Below, in pieces: positions 58,004 through 64,000 of a stretch of DNA of 64,000 nt. Below the pieces are notes generated by a model. It saw only the letters and a program-made list of their open reading frames with translations. It was not told the DNA's origin and did not search any database. This stretch comes from a virus (Duplodnaviria > Caudoviricetes), in the IMG/VR virus record IMGVR_UViG_3300011560_000001, positions 128,001-192,000 of that record, one strand, 5' to 3'. Within the stretch, counting starts at the first letter, position 1; each line of letters opens with the position of its first letter. The position numbers and the translations under genes are program-made.

Positions 58004-58318
58004 ATGTCTGAAAAGCATATTGAGATTCTTGATGCAGCCATCGCTTCGAAAGATAGCGATAAGTTCATCAAAGCGGTATTTGCAGAACAACGTATTAACC
58101 CAGCAATGCTGAATAAGATTCGCGATGCGATTGCATTCCGTCTTACCAAGTCAGATGTTTCTGATGAGGATAAGACAACGATGCGTAAATTACGCGACGA
58201 TCTTAATGCATACATCGCTCGTGGTTGTACGGATAAAACCGTTCGTGAGGTTCTCGATTCTAACGTGAAATACGAATCCGACTTCAAGAAGAACGGTTCA
58301 ACACCGAAAACAGAATAA
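58004..58318 (+). CDS. Hypothetical protein
   Basis: 104 aa with AAGGA RBS. Confidence 0.7.
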   Translation: MSEKHIEILDAAIASKDSDKFIKAVFAEQRINPAMLNKIRDAIAFRLTKSDVSDEDKTTMRKLRDDLNAYIARGCTDKTVREVLDSNVKYESDFKKNGSTPKTE

Positions 58319-58381
58319 CAGCATATCCCCTCCTCCAACCCAACAGGGAAGGAGGAGGGTTATGTTCGTATTGAGGTTAAC

Positions 58382-58681
58382 ATGCTCGATCGTGAACGAT
58401 TGAAGAAAACGACAAAGCTCCTCGATGCGTTCAGAACTGCGGGTGAATTCGAGAGCTTCACTAAGAACCGAGCTATTGTTCGGTTCCTTCTTTATTTGTG
58501 TTGCGTTGATTCGTCGGAGCGGGTTAGCCATAGTTGCCCTCTGCTCGACGAAAATCGTATTCCGTTATACAAAGCCGAAGAGTTATGTGAGTTCTTGATG
58601 AAATTCGGTGTTTTCTGCAACAGATATCGTGGTGATAGATCCGATGGGTATCTCGTCGAATTTAATGTCTTGTTTCAGTAA
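58382..58681 (+). CDS. Hypothetical protein
   Basis: 99 aa with GAGG RBS. Confidence 0.6.
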   Translation: MLDRERLKKTTKLLDAFRTAGEFESFTKNRAIVRFLLYLCCVDSSERVSHSCPLLDENRIPLYKAEELCEFLMKFGVFCNRYRGDRSDGYLVEFNVLFQ

Positions 58682-58755
58682 AACATTACCAAAATAGACT
58701 ATCTAATGCGGTGAAATTCCTCAATACTACTACTAGGACTACTAAGGAATAAAAC

Positions 58756-59289
58756 ATGAGTGTTATCGTAAAAGTAATGGGCAACTGCGATACTAGCGAT
58801 CGTAACAACGCGAAACCGTTTACGTTGCATGTGGTACCTGACCGTTTGACCACAATTGAATTCAACCGTGATTCGACGGGTAGACCGACACTGGAGTTCG
58901 TCGCTCATGGTGATAAGGATCAACGATTTATCGATTACCCAGGCGGTAACGTTTACGTGATGGACAACGGTAATACCATCGCAACGTACGCCTATTCCTG
59001 TGGTTTTGGGAAGGATGATGTTGACCGTATGTATGCAGACGCCCGTACTACGACGTATGGGAAAGTGCTGGATGCGAGCGGTGAACTTGACGATAACCTT
59101 ATTCGTGCGTTGTTGGAAATCCGTTTAATTGATCGTGATATAAAACAAACGCGTCACATCGAGTTTGTAAAATCAGACAATCCTAACTTTGTTAGTCATG
59201 TAAATCGTCTTTTACAAGAGTTGTTTACTGGTAATTTAACCGCATATTACGCCGGTGCGGCCGGTAAAATCATCGCGATCGTTAAGTAG
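58756..59289 (+). CDS. Hypothetical protein, paralogue of 59381..59929
   Basis: Shares an N-terminal domain with the next gene (NNAKP; GNxY...TIAxYxY). Confidence 0.72.
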   Translation: MSVIVKVMGNCDTSDRNNAKPFTLHVVPDRLTTIEFNRDSTGRPTLEFVAHGDKDQRFIDYPGGNVYVMDNGNTIATYAYSCGFGKDDVDRMYADARTTTYGKVLDASGELDDNLIRALLEIRLIDRDIKQTRHIEFVKSDNPNFVSHVNRLLQELFTGNLTAYYAGAAGKIIAIVK

Positions 59290-59380
59290 TAATCCCTACG
59301 AGGGGGTGGGATAATACCCCCCCCCCTCAATTTGTTGTACTATCTATCATTTCTATTATCTATTATCAAGAGGTTCTATT

Positions 59381-59929
59381 ATGTCTATGTTCTTGAAAAT
59401 GATGAGTGGTTACGATCTCCCTGATGAGAACAATGCAAAGCCTTGTACGGTTCTACCGCTTTCGGATAAATGTAAAATTGATTTCGGTCGCGATGAGTAC
59501 GGCGCACCTGTTGTGACCGTCACCTATGAAGACGGAACAGTCGAGAGTTATCATCCCGAAGGGAATACTTACCTTACTGAAGATCGTCGTACGATCGCAG
59601 CTTATTCTTATTCTGAGTATGTGTCACCTGGTCGTCGTATGACGGTAGAGTCTGCGATGAAAGACCTTAAGTACTACGATGATTACATGCTGTTCGCAAC
59701 CAATAACCGGATCGTACATTTCCTATCCGTGTTAGCTGGCGTTCCTCGCGGATGTAGCATAACCCGTAAATGTCGTCTGTCTGTTGACGATCGTATCGGG
59801 GTATCAGTCATCGATAAACTTAGCGAGTTTATCGTGGATATGGGCTATTGCTTCGTTGGTTATACCACGACAAATCCGATGGACGATGAAGCTATTCATG
59901 TTCTCGAATTCGCTGTTCTTGTGAAATAA
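59381..59929 (+). CDS. Hypothetical protein, paralogue of 58756..59289
   Basis: Shares an N-terminal domain with the previous gene. Confidence 0.72.
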   Translation: MSMFLKMMSGYDLPDENNAKPCTVLPLSDKCKIDFGRDEYGAPVVTVTYEDGTVESYHPEGNTYLTEDRRTIAAYSYSEYVSPGRRMTVESAMKDLKYYDDYMLFATNNRIVHFLSVLAGVPRGCSITRKCRLSVDDRIGVSVIDKLSEFIVDMGYCFVGYTTTNPMDDEAIHVLEFAVLVK

Positions 59930-59940
59930 GCTGATTAATG

Positions 59941-59971
59941 AAGCCTCCCGTAATGGGAGGCTTTTATGCCG
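59941..59971 (+). terminator. Hairpin + TTTTATGCCG
   Basis: AAGCCTCCC-GTAAT-GGGAGGCTT-TTATGCCG. Confidence 0.75.
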
Positions 59972-60036
59972 TCTTACCCTATCTATCAAAACTAACGGAT
60001 TTTAAGAATTCTCTGAAGCCGGGAGAGGAGATTAAA

Positions 60037-60921
60037 ATGTTAACATCAGATCATACACGCTATCGTGTTAAATACCTGAAACGTTTTAAAGGTGCACAAC
60101 CTAAAATCGTGGTTCAAAGAACAATTACTTGCCTGGAATACACAGGTCATCCCCTTACGGAAATATATTTCAAAACGCTGGATGTTATCGATCTAACCCG
60201 GGTGTTCAGGGGACATAAACTCACAGTAAATAACATCACGTTGCAAGAAGCAACCGAGGAATTCCGTAAACTATTCAATTATTTTCTGTGTTCATACGGG
60301 ATTAAATTCAACGAAGTAGAAATACGACTACATAACCACCCAAGAAAATCACCGTATCTTGCGGTTAGACCAAAGAAAGGACGGATGGCTTTAATTGGTT
60401 GTGTCCGTATTCCTATCGTTCAATCTGAACCGGTTCGTCCGATTATCACGGTAAATAAGATCGGAGCGCTTGCCGGACATGTAATCAACAACGTCTTGGT
60501 GATTACCGACGATAAAAGTTTGCATTGTGTGTCTGATGTAACGAGCGAGCAATTACGAAACGGTATCGCCCTTCTTTTCTATCGCGGTGATGGAAACGTT
60601 GTCGAATTCTGTCATCAGCAGGATTGCTGCGAAGAGGTGTATCTTGAAGACATTGACGGCGATATTAATGATATCATCGGTGAAAAGATACTCAGTGCTG
60701 AAGAAAGAACCGAGGAAAGAACCGATGACTACGGCTATTATAGCGAACGTACACAATGGACATTCTACCATATCCGTACTGCAAAGGGTTGTGTTGTTAT
60801 CCGTTGGTATGGTAGTTCTAACGGCTATTACTCAGAGAGTGTTGATATCGACGTCGTACCACTTAAAGATAGCCTTCTGAGAAAACCAAAACGGCTCGAG
60901 GAACGCTACGGTCGTTATTGA
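60037..60921 (+). CDS. Hypothetical protein with a conserved phage C-terminal domain (DCCE/WTFY/SNGYYSE)
   Basis: GAGGAG RBS before ATG 60037; contains HQQDCCEEVYLEDI...WTFYHIRT...RWYGSSNGYYSE. Confidence 0.7.
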   Translation: MLTSDHTRYRVKYLKRFKGAQPKIVVQRTITCLEYTGHPLTEIYFKTLDVIDLTRVFRGHKLTVNNITLQEATEEFRKLFNYFLCSYGIKFNEVEIRLHNHPRKSPYLAVRPKKGRMALIGCVRIPIVQSEPVRPIITVNKIGALAGHVINNVLVITDDKSLHCVSDVTSEQLRNGIALLFYRGDGNVVEFCHQQDCCEEVYLEDIDGDINDIIGEKILSAEERTEERTDDYGYYSERTQWTFYHIRTAKGCVVIRWYGSSNGYYSESVDIDVVPLKDSLLRKPKRLEERYGRY

Positions 60922-60985
60922 GGATAACCTACGTTGTAAGTAATTAGGGCGTCTCGACAAAAACTCTATTTACTTTTACTACGAG

Positions 60986-61198
60986 GTGAAAACGATGTTA
61001 ACGAAGGAATCTAAGAAGAACATTGAAGCGTGGATTTTTGATGACGCGTCATTGAATCTATCATTGGATCCGAAGGTTCGTGGTTTACAAGCTGATTACG
61101 CGTATAACGTGTTACATGGCTGCTGCTACACGTTAAGCGATCCTAAATATCGTTATAAATTTCAGGAACTACTTGAAACACTTAGAGGATTAAAATGA
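60986..61198 (+). CDS. Small hypothetical protein
   Basis: About 67-70 aa; ATGA-coupled to thyA. Confidence 0.6.
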   Translation: MKTMLTKESKKNIEAWIFDDASLNLSLDPKVRGLQADYAYNVLHGCCYTLSDPKYRYKFQELLETLRGLK

Positions 61199-62214
61199 AA
61201 CAGTATTTGGACCTTTTGCAAGACATCATGGATAACGGTCGCGATAAAGCTGATCGTACAGGCACCGGGACCCGTTCCGTATTCGGACGTCAGATGCGTT
61301 TTGACTTGAAGAAAGGATTTCCGCTGGTAACCACCAAGAAGATTCACCTTAAGAGCGTTATCCACGAACTGCTCTGGTTTCTTAACGGCGACACAAACGT
61401 TGCTTATCTTCAAGATAACGGTGTTCGTATCTGGAATGAATGGGCTGATAAGGAAGGGAATCTAGGACCGATTTACGGCAAACAATGGCGGGAATGGATC
61501 GACTACAAAGTGGTTGTTCCGCACGATACAGAACGTACTCGTGAGTTGATGCAACGCGGCTATGAGTATTGCGGTGTTGTTGACGCCGGTATGGTCAAAC
61601 ATCTCTTGTATGTTAAACACCACGACCAAATCGCAAACGTGATGCGTCAACTCAAAGAAGATCCTGATTCTCGACGAAACATCGTTAGCGCGTGGAACGT
61701 AGGTGATTTAGACGATATGCATCTCGCTCCGTGCCATTCATTCTATCAGTTCTATACCCACGAGCTCACCATCGATGAACGTGTTGATTATGTTCAACGC
61801 AACGACGTGCTAAGAACCCAGTGGGTTACGGATGATGTACGACACAGTGAAACAGAACTCTGGTTGAATGCGCATAACGTACCAACACGTGCCTTATCTT
61901 GCCAGCTTTATCAGCGTTCGTGCGACACGCTCTTGGGTTGGAGCTTTAACGTCGCATCATACTCGTTGTTAACGCATATGCTTGCCCAACAGCTGAATAT
62001 GGACGTTGGTGAGTTCGTGTGGACAGGTGGGGATTGCCACATCTATCACAACCATTTCGAACAGGTTAAAGAACAACTTAGTCGTGAGCCATATCCATTA
62101 CCGAAGCTAACAATCGTACGTAAACCGGAAAGTATTACGGATTACCGTTACGAAGACTTTGTATTCGTCGGATATCAATCACATCCGGCTATCAAGGCTA
62201 AGGTGGCGGTGTAA
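61195..62214 (+). CDS. thyA: Thymidylate synthase with two insertions
   Basis: Motifs [52 protein letters not shown] and HIYHNH. Confidence 0.96.
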   Translation: MKQYLDLLQDIMDNGRDKADRTGTGTRSVFGRQMRFDLKKGFPLVTTKKIHLKSVIHELLWFLNGDTNVAYLQDNGVRIWNEWADKEGNLGPIYGKQWREWIDYKVVVPHDTERTRELMQRGYEYCGVVDAGMVKHLLYVKHHDQIANVMRQLKEDPDSRRNIVSAWNVGDLDDMHLAPCHSFYQFYTHELTIDERVDYVQRNDVLRTQWVTDDVRHSETELWLNAHNVPTRALSCQLYQRSCDTLLGWSFNVASYSLLTHMLAQQLNMDVGEFVWTGGDCHIYHNHFEQVKEQLSREPYPLPKLTIVRKPESITDYRYEDFVFVGYQSHPAIKAKVAV

Positions 62215-62261
62215 ATTAACAACTGAGGGTGGGTACGCCCACCCTAATACGGAGAACTATC

Positions 62262-62555
62262 GTGGATGAAGTAAGTTCTGAACTGCTAGAAGCAATGGAT
62301 GAACGAGTAACCACTATCGGTTTTTATCTCACTGGTGTTACTGAAGCATTACCCACACCGAAAAATAGTTACGAGATGGAGGCTGATAGCATACTTACAC
62401 AAACCCTTCCTATACAGCTTAAAGCGGAAATTAACGAACGTCTACGCGTCGATATGCTTACGAAAGAACAGCGTGAATCCTTGCTGGAAGCATTAGATAC
62501 CATCGACAAGAGAATGACGCTTCTTAAATTAGGTTTTAAGAAGCAACTGCATTAA
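62262..62555 (+). CDS. Hypothetical protein
   Basis: GGAG RBS before GTG 62262, after the post-thyA hairpin. Confidence 0.6.
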   Translation: MDEVSSELLEAMDERVTTIGFYLTGVTEALPTPKNSYEMEADSILTQTLPIQLKAEINERLRVDMLTKEQRESLLEALDTIDKRMTLLKLGFKKQLH

Positions 62556-62585
62556 GAATATCGAGATTTATTTTAGGAGTTTAGA

Positions 62586-62732
62586 ATGGCTTGGTCGTAC
62601 CCCTATCGTATTCTGATAGGTGTTAAAAATAAGAAAGGTCCCCGTAAAGGTAAATGGAGATACACCTGGATATGCGGACAGATAGAACTAAAACCGAGAA
62701 TCTTCTCTGCCTGGAGTAAAAGTGATGATTAA
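62586..62732 (+). CDS. 48-aa basic micro-protein (not in the ORF track)
   Basis: AGGAG RBS; MAWSYPYRILIGVKNKKGPRKGKWRYTWICGQIELKPRIFSAWSKSDD*. Confidence 0.55.
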   Translation: MAWSYPYRILIGVKNKKGPRKGKWRYTWICGQIELKPRIFSAWSKSDD

Positions 62733-62928
62733 TTCTCTACAGCGCCATATACTAAATCATGTTATCAACGACATGATTGGTGTTCGTTTAGTCAAAGGAA
62801 AACACAAGAAAGGTTGCAATAAAGGAAAACGGTTCGTGGCGCATGTGGTACCAACCACTGAACGAAGGATCGCAAGTGCTGCGGTGGATTCTATCGCGAA
62901 AGCGATGCCATGGCTTATGTTGGACTGA
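62722..62928 (+). CDS. Small basic protein
   Basis: GGAG RBS; contains KGKHKKGCNKGK. Confidence 0.55.
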   Translation: MMINSLQRHILNHVINDMIGVRLVKGKHKKGCNKGKRFVAHVVPTTERRIASAAVDSIAKAMPWLMLD

Positions 62929-62953
62929 CTTTTAGAGGAAAGAGGAGTTACGC

Positions 62954-63151
62954 ATGCAATGTCTCGAAGAAACAGAAGCGGGTACTCTGGATTATATCGA
63001 TCCGATGTATTTATACCGATCTATCGTCACTCGATATTTGGGTCGTGTTTATAACAAACGTATTAAACGAGGCCCAGGTAAAGGCAGACAGAAGAAAGTA
63101 GGTATTTATAAATGCCATAAAGCACCTAATCCGATGTATCGTTGGAGGTAG
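62954..63151 (+). CDS. Small basic protein
   Basis: GAGGAG RBS; contains KRGPGKGR. Confidence 0.58.
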   Translation: MQCLEETEAGTLDYIDPMYLYRSIVTRYLGRVYNKRIKRGPGKGRQKKVGIYKCHKAPNPMYRWR

Positions 63152-63489
63152 CGTTGAAAAGGATCTACCCGATGCTAAGCATCGCCTATTTTCGTCGATG
63201 TTGGTATATTCATCAGTACCGCAAAAACAGGAATCAGATTATCGAAATAAAGTTTCACATTAACTATTTACTCAAACTAGAGAAGGTGAAAGAGCAGCCG
63301 CTGGTTGTCGTTCGGTTGAGGTCTTTATTAGAGCGTTTACGTATAGCATCACAGGTGAATGAGCAGCTTCATCAGGCAAATAAAGCGCGGGTTGTACGGG
63401 ATGTACGGAAATGTTATCGTTCCGGATTTAACCGTCGATTGAAAAGCATACGTAACAGTTTAAAGCATATAACGGAGAATATGGCATGA
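63142..63489 (+). CDS. Basic hypothetical protein (start uncertain)
   Basis: ORF of about 105-115 aa, ATGA-coupled to the next gene. Confidence 0.5.
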   Translation: MEVALKRIYPMLSIAYFRRCWYIHQYRKNRNQIIEIKFHINYLLKLEKVKEQPLVVVRLRSLLERLRIASQVNEQLHQANKARVVRDVRKCYRSGFNRRLKSIRNSLKHITENMA

Positions 63490-64000
63490 AAGATATCGCG
63501 GAAACAAAAGAAGAGAAATACACCCAACTGAAGAAGAAACTGGAGAAACAAGGTTTTCTAACGAAACGTTTAATCCGTGTTATGCGTTATAAATACAAAT
63601 GCTATTTCGGTACGGAGCTATCGAACGGTGATGCGTTTGTTAACGAGTGTCGTCGGACGATTTCTCGCATTAATGACTTACAAGCGCGTAATGATTGGTG
63701 GTACAAAGAATCGGAAAACTTCACTGATACCGACCGCAGTACCGTATCCCACTTAGAAAGCCAGTTGAAAGAGTTAATGGAAGACAGAGCCAACTTACAA
63801 CGTCGAATCCATCAACGATTTGATGAATGGGAGAAGGGGGCTTTCATTAACGGTGATGAGATACGTATCGATAACATCATTAGACGTCTTATCGCTAAAG
63901 ATGACGAGGAAGATTTACCGTTACCGGACGATCACGATACCGCGAAACAGGTTCTCGAGCAAGCGGTACGTTGTATGGGTGCTTTGCTCTCCCTGGGTCA
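63486..64000 (+). CDS. Hypothetical coiled-coil protein, 3'-truncated by window edge
   Basis: GGAG RBS; starts MKDIAETKEEKYTQLKKK and appears open to the window end. Confidence 0.62.
   Translation, partial: MKDIAETKEEKYTQLKKKLEKQGFLTKRLIRVMRYKYKCYFGTELSNGDAFVNECRRTISRINDLQARNDWWYKESENFTDTDRSTVSHLESQLKELMEDRANLQRRIHQRFDEWEKGAFINGDEIRIDNIIRRLIAKDDEEDLPLPDDHDTAKQVLEQAVRCMGALLSLG

Noticed and set aside
1-64000. tRNA/rRNA genes, CRISPR arrays, stop-codon reassignment
   Set aside because: I recognised none by eye, and core genes are full length under the standard code. tRNAscan-SE would be needed to exclude tRNAs formally.

Overview
This 64 kb window comes from a nucleus-forming jumbo phage (Chimalliviridae, phiKZ-like). 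The 631-aa chimallin sequence and the gene order closely resemble what I recall of Escherichia phage Goslar. It holds the large terminase, PhuZ tubulin, a split family-B DNA polymerase subunit, chimallin (ChmA), four non-virion RNA polymerase (nvRNAP) subunits, SbcD, probable ChmC and PicA/Imp1, two SF2 helicases, a CYTH protein, HD and metallophosphoesterases, a DEDD exonuclease, thyA and many small accessory ORFs. The most striking observation is that the nvRNAP beta' N-terminal gene lacks its catalytic motif in the ORF track. It is interrupted by two tandem, homologous, ORF-less group I introns (23566-23915 and 23934-24290). They isolate the active-site residues DFDGDA on an 18-nt micro-exon, and splicing restores a 497-aa subunit reading YNA-DFDGDA-MNNH. 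Other notable items are a class-3-type mini-intein in a helicase Walker A motif, three structured intergenic RNA/DNA elements, a conserved early-promoter motif, a family of hairpin+TATG elements and several tandem paralogue clusters. All homology calls come from motif recognition, synteny and memory; no searches were run.
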